64,000 bases of DNA from Patescibacteria group bacterium (GTDB taxonomy: Bacteria > Patescibacteriota > Microgenomatia > UBA8517): NCBI GenBank assembly GCA_036835125.1, contig DAITMO010000001.1:57444-121443 (forward strand). Reading direction: 5' to 3'. How positions within the stretch are numbered: the stretch's first letter is position 1; every line of letters starts with the position of its first letter. The translations under genes and the position numbers were made by a program. Below the pieces are notes generated by a model, which was not told the origin of the DNA, did not search any database, and worked only from the letters and a program-made list of their open reading frames with translations. Below, piece by piece: positions 37,713 to 47,247 of this stretch.

Positions 37713-38021
37713 ATGCGAAGTTTTACTGTAAAAGCAAGCGATATTGATGGTGTTGCAAAAATATCCGACTTAGAATCTGTTATTGGCAATGTCATTGGTT
37801 ACGTTCTTGGTTTTGCTGGAATAGTTCTTTTTGTTCTATTAATACTTGGTGGTTTTAAATTTATAACTTCTGGAGGAGATCCAAAAGCTGTTGAAGGTGC
37901 AAAAAAAACTTTAACATCAGCCTTAGCGGGACTCGCAATTATTCTTCTGGCTTATTTAATACTGGTCTTAATCAAAAATCTTACGGGAGTAAACGTTACA
38001 AACTTCAGTATCCAACTTTAA
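37713..38021 (+). CDS. VirB2/TrbC-like small two-helix membrane protein, paralog 7
   Basis: 102 aa with the module ...GGFKFITSGGDPKAVEGAKKT... Confidence 0.5.
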   Translation: MRSFTVKASDIDGVAKISDLESVIGNVIGYVLGFAGIVLFVLLILGGFKFITSGGDPKAVEGAKKTLTSALAGLAIILLAYLILVLIKNLTGVNVTNFSIQL

Positions 38022-38063
38022 AGAGTCATTTCCCTAATCCTTTCCTTGAGTTAAAATGGTTGT

Positions 38064-40805
38064 ATGAAAAGAATGTTTTCTAAGTTTTTGTTTCTTTTTG
38101 GTTTTTTTATTTATCTTTTTATATTTTCAACCAATAGTATGTATGCCCAAGAAGCACCATCTTGTGAATATACACGTAATTCTATTGGAAATCTTGTTGT
38201 GGCTGAAGGGCATGAATGTCCAGATGGGTATATTGAAACAAGTAATGGTATTTCAAATATGTACACTGTCCCTTCTTGTACGTGTGTAGCTGAAAACCCG
38301 GGAGAGACGTGTACAGGCGAAAACAAGACTCCAACAGTTACAAAACCATGCTGTGAGGGATTGAATGAATTTACTTATAATGGTGGAGTTAAATGTCTAA
38401 AAGAAAATTTAGATCCTTATAGCGCAGATTTATCTAACGATTCCGAATCAAATGAATCTAAACCAAATAAAGTCCCCACTTTGTTTTGTAGTAATGTTTC
38501 TAATAACGAGTTTCATTCTCTAAGACCTTATCCAGCAAATATTAGCTGCACTTCAAATATTACTGACTATGCAAGCTATTGTGGAGGTGATTTATCATTG
38601 ACAGATTCTATTGAAGTTGAATATCCAGGAACCGAGGCTTCATGTTCACGTATCGGAGATAAAGTTAATTGCAAATATAACATTCACATTTCTAAAAAAG
38701 TGACAATAGATTTATCAAACGCCGAACTTCCTATTATGGGAAATACTGAAGATGTGGTTAATAAAAAGAAGAATACTGATGATTTTGACGATGCTCAAAA
38801 AATGAATGAATATGTCAGTTGGTACTTAGGAGGTGTAACAAACAAAAAAGAATATCCAGACAAAAACGATTCTGTTTCTATTGTTAATTACTCTGGTCCA
38901 TTAGCAAAACTTATTCCTCAAGAAATTCAGTTTCTAGAAAGATACAACCAGGTGATAAAAGAGGCAGGAGTTACAAGACATGATCAGGTGGTTGTTTGCA
39001 CTAAAGGAATTGACGGCAATACCCCAACAGAATGTAATGGCCTAAACGAAATGAGATTAAGTGACTGGGATGGAGATTTATCAGCAATAAGAGGTGTGGG
39101 TAATGTTGTTGTTTCTTTGTTGAATGTTTTTGTAAAATCTATTCCTTGGATAGGTCAAGGTGTTGTAGCAAATGCTGTAAATGATAATAAAGCTTGGAAT
39201 CTTCGAACCCCTCCTCTCATGAGCGGCCTTGATCCAAACGGTGAACCCTTTAATAACCTTACTTATCAAAAGGCCTACAACGAATGGAGAGGAAAATCAT
39301 GTATTATGATTCCTTTTCCAAAATTTCTTGTTTGTTTAGAAAGTTACCTTGTGCCAAATAGATTTGCGGATCTTTATTCATATATTCCCCTATCCTCAAC
39401 CGAAGACATTAAAGGAGAAATTGTGGTCGACAACAAACCAAAATCAGTTGGGTCTAGTGCTGGTACAACAAAATTAACCAATGTTAGTTTCACAAATATT
39501 TTCGGTACAGGTAAAGCCTCGTCAACTCTTTTTTTTCCACACATGCAGGAATCTGATGATCTAGGATCCATTCTACAAAAAACCTATATACCAAAAGACG
39601 TTGAAGATTTGGGAAATCCGACAAACATATCTTCAGAAACCTCTTGTATTGATGTAGAGGTTCGATCAAATGCTGGAGATAATCTTTTTGCTAGTCAAAT
39701 AATTGGAACTTTAACATATGACGTTTCATTTGAACACAAGTTCGATTATTTATATTGTTCAGCCGGAAAAGATTCTGAATGCAAAAAAAACAAAGGACAA
39801 AAATGTCAAGAATCTAAAGATGGAGGTGTATGTGTATCAGATTCTGAACCGACAACACCTAAACAATACTACACAAAATCTGTCAATATAAAATTATCTA
39901 CCTCATCTAACACGCCGAAGGCAGATGATATTTGGTCACGCTTAGTTGCGGGCCCAATGTCTGTTTTTAAAAGAATTTTTCCAAAAACAAACACCGAAGG
40001 AAGTGTCGGAAAAATAATGGATATTGCAGGGTCAACGAGTATTACCTACTCTGGAACAAATGTAAGTGGATCTAGCGCCACAACAGATTTGAAAATTCCT
40101 CATATAGGAGGTGTGTATGAATACTTTCTGAAAGGCATTCAAACAGCTTTAAGACCAAAGGGTTATGGTGACAATATTATATTTGACAATAGTGCTTCAG
40201 ACATATTTGGTGATTCAAGCAGCATTTGTGATTCTAGCTGTAACCCAAACCCAACAAGTGTTGATATGGCTGGTGTAAAAGAAAGTTTTATAGCTGACGG
40301 AGTAAGGTGGGGATATGGAACAGAAGGAAGTCCAAGAATTGACATGTACGACACTGTAGTTTCAACTGCAAAAGCTGCTGGGGTGGACCCAATTTTTGTA
40401 CTTGCTTTATGGATTCATGAAAGTGGCGGAAGTAATTATTCTGCAATTTGTTCAGTTCAAGGGAAAAACAATCCAAACTCTGAATATTGTCAGTGGGTAC
40501 AAGATTTTGGAATCAACGATTCTTCAATAGCCACTAAAATAGATTCCAATGGAAATGTTGTTGAAGATCATTTTATGGATCAATTAAATGCAGTTGTCAA
40601 CTTACCAGGTTATTACTATGATTTATGCAACAACGATACAGCTGCTAAATGTCCCATTGAGTACTTTTATGCCATGTATAGGCTTGGTCAATGTAAACCA
40701 ACTAACGTTTCAAGTGGTGAATATGGAGGAAGTATGAAGAGGATTTATAACATTCTTACAGCTCAAAAATTCCCTTGCTACCCAATTAAAATACCAGACA
40801 ATTAA
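38064..40805 (+). CDS. Large secreted Cys-rich protein with a C-terminal lysozyme-like/lytic-transglycosylase-like region (candidate T4SS cell-wall hydrolase or adhesin)
   Basis: 913 aa. Signal peptide, then an N-terminal Cys-rich module (KPCCEG) related to the one in 34913..35530. The C-terminal DPIFVLALWIHESGGSNYSA resembles the SLT-domain ES...S motif. Confidence 0.45.
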   Translation: MKRMFSKFLFLFGFFIYLFIFSTNSMYAQEAPSCEYTRNSIGNLVVAEGHECPDGYIETSNGISNMYTVPSCTCVAENPGETCTGENKTPTVTKPCCEGLNEFTYNGGVKCLKENLDPYSADLSNDSESNESKPNKVPTLFCSNVSNNEFHSLRPYPANISCTSNITDYASYCGGDLSLTDSIEVEYPGTEASCSRIGDKVNCKYNIHISKKVTIDLSNAELPIMGNTEDVVNKKKNTDDFDDAQKMNEYVSWYLGGVTNKKEYPDKNDSVSIVNYSGPLAKLIPQEIQFLERYNQVIKEAGVTRHDQVVVCTKGIDGNTPTECNGLNEMRLSDWDGDLSAIRGVGNVVVSLLNVFVKSIPWIGQGVVANAVNDNKAWNLRTPPLMSGLDPNGEPFNNLTYQKAYNEWRGKSCIMIPFPKFLVCLESYLVPNRFADLYSYIPLSSTEDIKGEIVVDNKPKSVGSSAGTTKLTNVSFTNIFGTGKASSTLFFPHMQESDDLGSILQKTYIPKDVEDLGNPTNISSETSCIDVEVRSNAGDNLFASQIIGTLTYDVSFEHKFDYLYCSAGKDSECKKNKGQKCQESKDGGVCVSDSEPTTPKQYYTKSVNIKLSTSSNTPKADDIWSRLVAGPMSVFKRIFPKTNTEGSVGKIMDIAGSTSITYSGTNVSGSSATTDLKIPHIGGVYEYFLKGIQTALRPKGYGDNIIFDNSASDIFGDSSSICDSSCNPNPTSVDMAGVKESFIADGVRWGYGTEGSPRIDMYDTVVSTAKAAGVDPIFVLALWIHESGGSNYSAICSVQGKNNPNSEYCQWVQDFGINDSSIATKIDSNGNVVEDHFMDQLNAVVNLPGYYYDLCNNDTAAKCPIEYFYAMYRLGQCKPTNVSSGEYGGSMKRIYNILTAQKFPCYPIKIPDN

Positions 40806-40858
40806 AAGGTGCTTTAAATTGGTCGTGTTAAAATGTAGAATATTATACTAATACTGGT

Positions 40859-42553
40859 ATGTTAAAAAAACTGCTCACATCATTTTTAGTAGGCTTGGTT
40901 TTATTGTTCTCTATTGCCCCCTTGACCTCTACAAAAGCCTCTAGTGTTTCCTGGTATAACCAAACGTTTCCTGAATGGTATTTAAAAGTTTATGACACAA
41001 CTAATTCTGATGAAATATTTGGAGAGCGATATACAGCAGCTCAGGTTCAATGGATTGTTTATTCAATACCTTCTTTAATAATTAATCTTGTTACAGGGGG
41101 CAACACTGATTTAGGAAGTTGTCTTGTGGGAGCAATGTCAAACAATATTGACATGCCCAAATGCAGTGAGGCTGTTTCTGACATAGCTGGTGGTTTAGGT
41201 ATAGTTTACGAAACAAAAGACCAACCCACAATTGCTTCTCAGATATTTGAAAGAAAAGATCTTTCGGGAATTGGTTATGTCAAAAATGTTTTTTCTAAGC
41301 TTAATCCAGTTACGACAGTAAGTGCACAAAGTGCATCCTCAGGTTTTGGTTTCTCTGCACTTGAAGCCATAGCTTTCATTTGGAAAATAACAAGAAATAT
41401 TGCCTATTTTCTATTTATTATCATTGCTGTTGTGTTTGCTTTTATGGTTATGTTTAGGGTTAAACTGTCTCCTCAGGTTGTTGTTACAGTCCAATCTGTT
41501 TTACCAAAATTGGTTATTGCGATTATCTTAGTCACTTTTTCTTTTGCTATAGCTGGTCTTCTAATTGATCTTATGTATGTTGTAATGGCTCTTTTGGCTA
41601 CATTTTTAGCAACGATGCTTCCTGATATTTTGGGTGGAAATGCAAGAATGATTTTTAATTTTATGAATGGGACAAATATACCTTTGGTTTCAGGTGGAAT
41701 AGCGCTCCTTGTATACTTTACCGGATATCTCCTTTTATATATTGTTGCATTAATTGCCATTGCCATTGCAGCTGTATCAGGATTTAATATTTCCTCTGCA
41801 GTATTTGCAGTATTGCTACTTATTTTTGCATTAGTATTAATCCTTGTGCTTACATGGTACATACTTAAGACAACTTTTGTTCTTTTCAAAAATCTAGCTA
41901 CAGTATATGGTCTTGTAATAATCGCTCCCCTTCAAATAAGTCTTGGTGCTATTTATCCTCAAGCTGGATTTGGATCGTGGTTGAAAAAATTTCTTGCAAA
42001 ACTTATGGTCTTTCCTTTAACCGGTGCCTTTATTTATTTAGCCATGGTTTTACTAATTTATTCAATCAGACTCTCAGGCGCAGGATTTGTAGGAAACAAC
42101 GTTTTGGCTAACTTGCTAAAGGGTATAGGGATGGTTGCAAGTGATAGTAATTTTGATATTTCTGTAGTTAACCCTGTTGGTAGTTGGGCACCCCCTCTTC
42201 TTGGAAACAATGCGTCGGCAGGTGGAATTGCATTTCTTCTCATGAGTGTTGGTTTAATCATGATGATTCCAAAGATATCAGAGTCCATAGATTCCTTCCT
42301 TGCAGGTAAAGGTATTGCTGGAACTGCTATTGGTGAAGCAATGGGGCCACTTGGAGTTATTCCTCAAGGTATGCAGAGAGGAGCTCAAGAGTGGGTGGGG
42401 CAAAACGCTGGTGCTTATGGGAAGAAATACGGTGCGATGGGTGCTGATAAACTACTCAGCCAAATACCTGAAGAGGTCAGACAAAAATCGAAGGTTTGGC
42501 AAAAGGTACAACAAACTATCGATGAGTGGTCTAAAATAAATCTAAAGAAATAA
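40859..42553 (+). CDS. VirB6/TrbL-like polytopic membrane protein
   Basis: 564 aa. Signal peptide, extracytoplasmic N-terminal region, then about 7-8 TM helices. Positioned in the locus like a VirB6. Confidence 0.45.
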   Translation: MLKKLLTSFLVGLVLLFSIAPLTSTKASSVSWYNQTFPEWYLKVYDTTNSDEIFGERYTAAQVQWIVYSIPSLIINLVTGGNTDLGSCLVGAMSNNIDMPKCSEAVSDIAGGLGIVYETKDQPTIASQIFERKDLSGIGYVKNVFSKLNPVTTVSAQSASSGFGFSALEAIAFIWKITRNIAYFLFIIIAVVFAFMVMFRVKLSPQVVVTVQSVLPKLVIAIILVTFSFAIAGLLIDLMYVVMALLATFLATMLPDILGGNARMIFNFMNGTNIPLVSGGIALLVYFTGYLLLYIVALIAIAIAAVSGFNISSAVFAVLLLIFALVLILVLTWYILKTTFVLFKNLATVYGLVIIAPLQISLGAIYPQAGFGSWLKKFLAKLMVFPLTGAFIYLAMVLLIYSIRLSGAGFVGNNVLANLLKGIGMVASDSNFDISVVNPVGSWAPPLLGNNASAGGIAFLLMSVGLIMMIPKISESIDSFLAGKGIAGTAIGEAMGPLGVIPQGMQRGAQEWVGQNAGAYGKKYGAMGADKLLSQIPEEVRQKSKVWQKVQQTIDEWSKINLKK

Positions 42554-42585
42554 TGGTTGCCCCCAACAAATCTTTCTCATGAAAT

Positions 42586-45144
42586 TTAAACAAAGTCATT
42601 GGTCAGTGCTGTTTTTGTTTGGGTTTTGTCCGTTGTGAAATCAGATCCATAATCCATACCTATCCTATATACAAGATTTGTATAAAACCAAAGCATCTTC
42701 ATAAAAGTTACATTGTAACCTTCAAATTTCCACGATATTGTGTTTCCATTCTTATCTTTGGCCTTGCATGGTTTTTCCCCGGGCAGATACTGACACATAA
42801 CCAACCATTCACTAACTTCGTCTTTGTAAGCTTGTTGTAGGCTTGTGTCCGTTGAAAATTTTCCACTATTAACATTCCACTTTTTATCGAGACTCAAGGA
42901 TATCAACATAGGCAGCACCATAACCTCCAAAACGGGCTCAGGGATTTCCTCAAAAATTACTTCATTACCATCTTTTGTTTTTAATATTTTTTTCTCCTTC
43001 AGAGAAATTTTTAGACCCCTGTTTCCCAATTCATCTCTTTGAATTAAATCTTTAATACCACTCAGACCGCCATAAAATGTTTGATAATCTCTATCATGTT
43101 CTGTATCTTTTAGATCTACTATTTCTTTTAGCCATCTTGACATCATCTGATTATTAACAAGCCACCAATCATAACCATGATCTTTAAAGGAGAGCCAAGG
43201 AATGTCAGATTTGTCTATACCATCACACAACGCCTCCCAAACACTTTTGTCAATTCCATTTTCTTTGAATTTAAAACTGGTAAGCATGTTTACAGAATCT
43301 ATTTTTGGGGGAAGAAAAACTGGCCAATTCACTAAATATCTTTCACTTGCTGTTGGTTTGTTGTAAGCATCACGGTGGCTTGCGTACGGAGTTTCCCAAT
43401 ACCACAAATTATCCTTTAAGATTTCGACAACCGTAGGATTGATTTTAAAACCATATTTCTTTACACGATCCTTTAATATACCCTCAACTTTTTGTTCCCA
43501 CACATGATCTTCACCAAAAAGCTTGTTTAGTCTGTCCTTTAAAACTGGATCTTTGTCGACACTTTCTGGTATGTCTGGTTTTTGATCTGGTCTTTTGTTC
43601 TCAATATAACTTTCACGAAAACCTGAAACTGACGCTGGCCAAATAGCAGCACGTCGATTCGCTTTGATATCGTAAAGAGCCTTGTGCATGAGCCAGAATT
43701 TTGGTGTGTAAAGATCTGTAGCCTGATTAATAGAACCCGTAACAGCTTTTCTGTGTAAAACCCCTTTTTCATCTTTGTACCACTCAAAATTCCATCCCAT
43801 ATCACTACACGCACCAACTCCAATACCCTCAACAAAACCTTTCTTAACTACAAACTCCATTAGTTTGTATTTAAATTCTCTATCTGTATGCCCCAATTTA
43901 CTCATAACCTTATATGCCTTCCCCTCTTTGTCGTAAACAACAGTTCCCTTCATTATCTCGTTTCTTTTTCTAATAACATCATCTGCTAATTGTAGAATTA
44001 CTCCAACAGTTTCTTTCTTGCCAGCTTCCATATTAACTTTATCAATTTGTGCCAAAGCATCTGTGTCAATCAACGCCATCAATGTTGCAACATAGTTATC
44101 CTTTTCAATTGGAGACTCTACTGTTGTGTACCACTGAAGAAGTTCTTTTGGAAATCTTCTCTTAACGTCGTCCAAATTAACCGTTCTGATTAAATCTTCG
44201 TTTGAAAATCTTCTCTCCTTAACCTGGCAATCGTCAACTGGAACCAAAAATTTATCTTCTTTGAATTTCCTGTCCTTACCCAACAAACTTCCCATTGTCC
44301 CATCAGACTCCATTTGAATCGACTTGTTCATAACAACTGACAAAAGCAACATTTTTCCTGGAGTTAATTTTCTCACATCTTTTTTAGAAACCTCTGTTCC
44401 ACCAGCCACACACTCTGAGATATTACAAAAACTCATGAAAGAAACTTTTTCATCTATAATTCCAAAATTTTCTTTACTTGGATCATATTGTGTGAGAGCG
44501 GTCATTGACATTTGAAGTTTGTCAAATCTATTTTGGAAGTTGACAGCAGTCTCTCTTATATCTTTTGTCTCTCGCGCTTCCTGAGCAGTAATTGGTACGG
44601 TTGTTTCTCTTGAGAAGGTTCCAGCAAAATTATACATTGTAGGAATCCTTCTTGGTTTATCATACAATTCAGCCTGCATTCTGTCGGTGCCACCAAAATT
44701 ATATGGCATCCCAGCTGAGAAGCCTTCTAACAGAGAAAGGGAATTATTCATCCAATTTACACCATCCTCGAGACTTCTTATCCAAACCTTTCTTTCTGGA
44801 TTTATAGTTTCATCACGATACAATTTGCTTACAAAATCCTGCAGACTCTCGACTCTCCCTCGCGGATCTCTGGATTCATATGGGTATACCGATTCAAAAC
44901 CTAATAGTTTATCTAAAACTCTTAAATTGGCTTCGACGACTGGCGTTTCAAGTTCAACTATTTGTTTTTCTATATTTACAGCATCCTCAGGAGAAGTTTG
45001 GCCCTCTTTTTGCAAAACCGCTTTAAATAATCTAACGTCACTTAGAGGTAATCTTCCACGACCATCTCCCCTTTTGTAAGTCTCAGGGGTATTATCCTTT
45101 GGTGGTTCTGGTGGTTTAAAAACATCCTCTTCTTTCTCTGCCAT
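42586..45144 (-). CDS. Large hypothetical soluble protein with no recognisable domain
   Basis: 852-aa ORF with no TM segment or signal peptide and no motif I can assign. Transcribed opposite to the surrounding T4SS-like genes. Confidence 0.5.
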   Translation of the reverse strand: MAEKEEDVFKPPEPPKDNTPETYKRGDGRGRLPLSDVRLFKAVLQKEGQTSPEDAVNIEKQIVELETPVVEANLRVLDKLLGFESVYPYESRDPRGRVESLQDFVSKLYRDETINPERKVWIRSLEDGVNWMNNSLSLLEGFSAGMPYNFGGTDRMQAELYDKPRRIPTMYNFAGTFSRETTVPITAQEARETKDIRETAVNFQNRFDKLQMSMTALTQYDPSKENFGIIDEKVSFMSFCNISECVAGGTEVSKKDVRKLTPGKMLLLSVVMNKSIQMESDGTMGSLLGKDRKFKEDKFLVPVDDCQVKERRFSNEDLIRTVNLDDVKRRFPKELLQWYTTVESPIEKDNYVATLMALIDTDALAQIDKVNMEAGKKETVGVILQLADDVIRKRNEIMKGTVVYDKEGKAYKVMSKLGHTDREFKYKLMEFVVKKGFVEGIGVGACSDMGWNFEWYKDEKGVLHRKAVTGSINQATDLYTPKFWLMHKALYDIKANRRAAIWPASVSGFRESYIENKRPDQKPDIPESVDKDPVLKDRLNKLFGEDHVWEQKVEGILKDRVKKYGFKINPTVVEILKDNLWYWETPYASHRDAYNKPTASERYLVNWPVFLPPKIDSVNMLTSFKFKENGIDKSVWEALCDGIDKSDIPWLSFKDHGYDWWLVNNQMMSRWLKEIVDLKDTEHDRDYQTFYGGLSGIKDLIQRDELGNRGLKISLKEKKILKTKDGNEVIFEEIPEPVLEVMVLPMLISLSLDKKWNVNSGKFSTDTSLQQAYKDEVSEWLVMCQYLPGEKPCKAKDKNGNTISWKFEGYNVTFMKMLWFYTNLVYRIGMDYGSDFTTDKTQTKTALTNDFV

Positions 45145-45218
45145 AAATGAATTATATAACAGGGTTAGAATAAATTAAAATATAGCTGCAACTTGCAAGC
45201 CCGTGTTATTATGTTTTT

Positions 45219-46577
45219 GTGAAAAATGAAGTTCGAATAACTTTGCCCCACGACATTGCGGTACGGATTTATCCCTTTTCAAAACTTCCAATCTCAAGAA
45301 ACTTTGAAAAAATATATAAAGATTTATATTCAAAACATATTCTTGGTGAACTTAAAGAGGCCCCTTCAATGCCTGACATACCACAATATTTTACATATGC
45401 ATGTGCAAGATCATCAGGGAACAGAGAAGTAAATACCTCTTACGGATTTGGTGGGAGTGACGATGAAAAAACTTCAATAGAACACTCCATAGCCGAAGCC
45501 ATCGAACACTATTGTATTCTAAATGAGACATCAAAAAAATTTGTACAAGGATCTTACAACCAATTAAAAATGAAGGCGGTTGACCCCACTCTATTTATCC
45601 CTTTTTCTAAAAAGCAATTCTCCAAAAAAAAATATAAAAAGTTTCGTGTCTCTAAAGATTCATTCATAAACTGGCTGGGGGGGTATGATCTTACAAATTC
45701 TAAGAAAATGTTAATTCCCGCTTCATTGGCGTATGCAAACTATTCTCACAAATTACACAACGAACCCGTAATTCGTATGCCAATAAGCACTGGTGCTGCT
45801 TGTGGTCCAAATTTAGACTTTGCAATTTACAAAGGTATTTGTGAGATTATCGAGAGGGATGGATATATCATTTCTTTTATGCCTGAGGTTCCAAAACGAC
45901 TAATTTCGATCGATAAATCAAATAAAGAATTATGTAAATTATTAAACAAATTTAACAGATATAACTTCGAGGTTTATTTTTTTGACACCACACTGGATAC
46001 TGATATTTTTTCGGTTGTTTGTCTGCTCGTAGACAGAACAGGGGGTGGCCCCGCAGTGTGTTGTGGTCTAGGGGCAGGTTTAGATACAACCAACGCCTTA
46101 AAAACTTCGGCTATTGAAGCTCTCAGAAGATATGTTTCTAATAGGAATAAATATTTTTATTCCAACAGTCCTATACCTAAGAATGGTTCTTTCGAGTGGT
46201 TTAATTGGAAAAAATACCGTGAGTGGTCGTCTCCACACATGATTAAACAGGTTGAGAATATAATTAGAAATTCAAAGGAAATTCCCCTACACAAAACAGT
46301 AAAATTAAAAACAGATAAAGAATATTTAAAATATACGCTTTCTAGACTTAGAAAAGTGAAGTGTACAACTTATTATATTGATATGACAATTCCCGAGGTA
46401 GAAACGCAGGGTTTAAAAATCGTTAAGGTATTAATCCCCGAAATGGTTCCTTTGTGGCATGACGAAAGATATCCATATTTTGGTATTAAGAGACTAATTG
46501 AGATTCCAAAAAGAATGAATATACATGTCAATCTAAACATAAACACGAAAGAGTTGATAAAAATTCATCCTTTTTAA
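45219..46577 (+). CDS. YcaO-domain protein (ATP-dependent cyclodehydratase/amide-activating family), standalone
   Basis: 452 aa. YcaO signatures SYGFGGSDDEKTSIEHSIAEAIEHY and ISTGAACGPNLDFAIYKGICEIIERDG. No fused E1-like domain. Confidence 0.8.
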   Translation: MKNEVRITLPHDIAVRIYPFSKLPISRNFEKIYKDLYSKHILGELKEAPSMPDIPQYFTYACARSSGNREVNTSYGFGGSDDEKTSIEHSIAEAIEHYCILNETSKKFVQGSYNQLKMKAVDPTLFIPFSKKQFSKKKYKKFRVSKDSFINWLGGYDLTNSKKMLIPASLAYANYSHKLHNEPVIRMPISTGAACGPNLDFAIYKGICEIIERDGYIISFMPEVPKRLISIDKSNKELCKLLNKFNRYNFEVYFFDTTLDTDIFSVVCLLVDRTGGGPAVCCGLGAGLDTTNALKTSAIEALRRYVSNRNKYFYSNSPIPKNGSFEWFNWKKYREWSSPHMIKQVENIIRNSKEIPLHKTVKLKTDKEYLKYTLSRLRKVKCTTYYIDMTIPEVETQGLKIVKVLIPEMVPLWHDERYPYFGIKRLIEIPKRMNIHVNLNINTKELIKIHPF

Positions 46578-46580
46578 AAT

Positions 46581-47213
46581 ATGCATAAAAATTATCCAAG
46601 ATTAGATAAATTGGCCCTTCCAGATGTAGAAAGTATTGGCGAACTAAGAGAAAGTATTAAAACAAGGAAATCTTTTAGAGATTTTGCAAAAAAAGGAATT
46701 GATAAAAAGACACTTTCTGATATATTATATCACAGCTTGGCGGCTACTAGATGTAACCCCAATGAAGAGTTCAATCCTTTTCGGGTATATCCTTCTGCTG
46801 GAGCTAAATATCCGATTGAGGCTTATGTGCTTATTATAAAAGGGAGGGGCATCAAAAAGGGTCTTTATCATTATAACCCAATTAACCACGAGTTGGAGGT
46901 TTTATTAAAAACAATCAAAACGGAAGATATAGATAATATTTGGATGCCAAAACAGCGGTGGTTTAAAAACGCATCTGTTCTAATAATACTAACTTCCATT
47001 TTTCACAGAACAACAGATAAATATAAAAAAAGAGGGGTTCTTTTTCCTTATATTGAAGCGGGGCATATTGTCCAAAATATATATTTATTATCAGCATCTT
47101 TCAAGATCGGGTGCTGCGCTATAGGTATGCTAAACGAAAAGTCTTTAATAAAGCTCCTTGATATAAACTCTAGGGATGAATACCCGATTTATTATGTAGT
47201 CATAGGATCTTGA
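46581..47213 (+). CDS. SagB-type dehydrogenase (nitroreductase-superfamily, FMN-dependent azoline oxidase type)
   Basis: 210 aa. R-S-R-F near the N-terminus and PSAGAKYPIEAYV...GLYHYNP motifs typical of the SagB/McbC family. Starts 3 nt after the YcaO stop. Confidence 0.75.
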   Translation: MHKNYPRLDKLALPDVESIGELRESIKTRKSFRDFAKKGIDKKTLSDILYHSLAATRCNPNEEFNPFRVYPSAGAKYPIEAYVLIIKGRGIKKGLYHYNPINHELEVLLKTIKTEDIDNIWMPKQRWFKNASVLIILTSIFHRTTDKYKKRGVLFPYIEAGHIVQNIYLLSASFKIGCCAIGMLNEKSLIKLLDINSRDEYPIYYVVIGS

Positions 47214-47247
47214 CATTGGGAAATACTGGGTATATAACACAAAGCAA

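Noticed and set aside
41473-41889. 138-aa minus-strand ORF inside the VirB6-like gene
   Set aside because: It is antisense to a long TM-rich CDS. The Ala/Ile-rich translation is the mirror of the hydrophobic sense strand.
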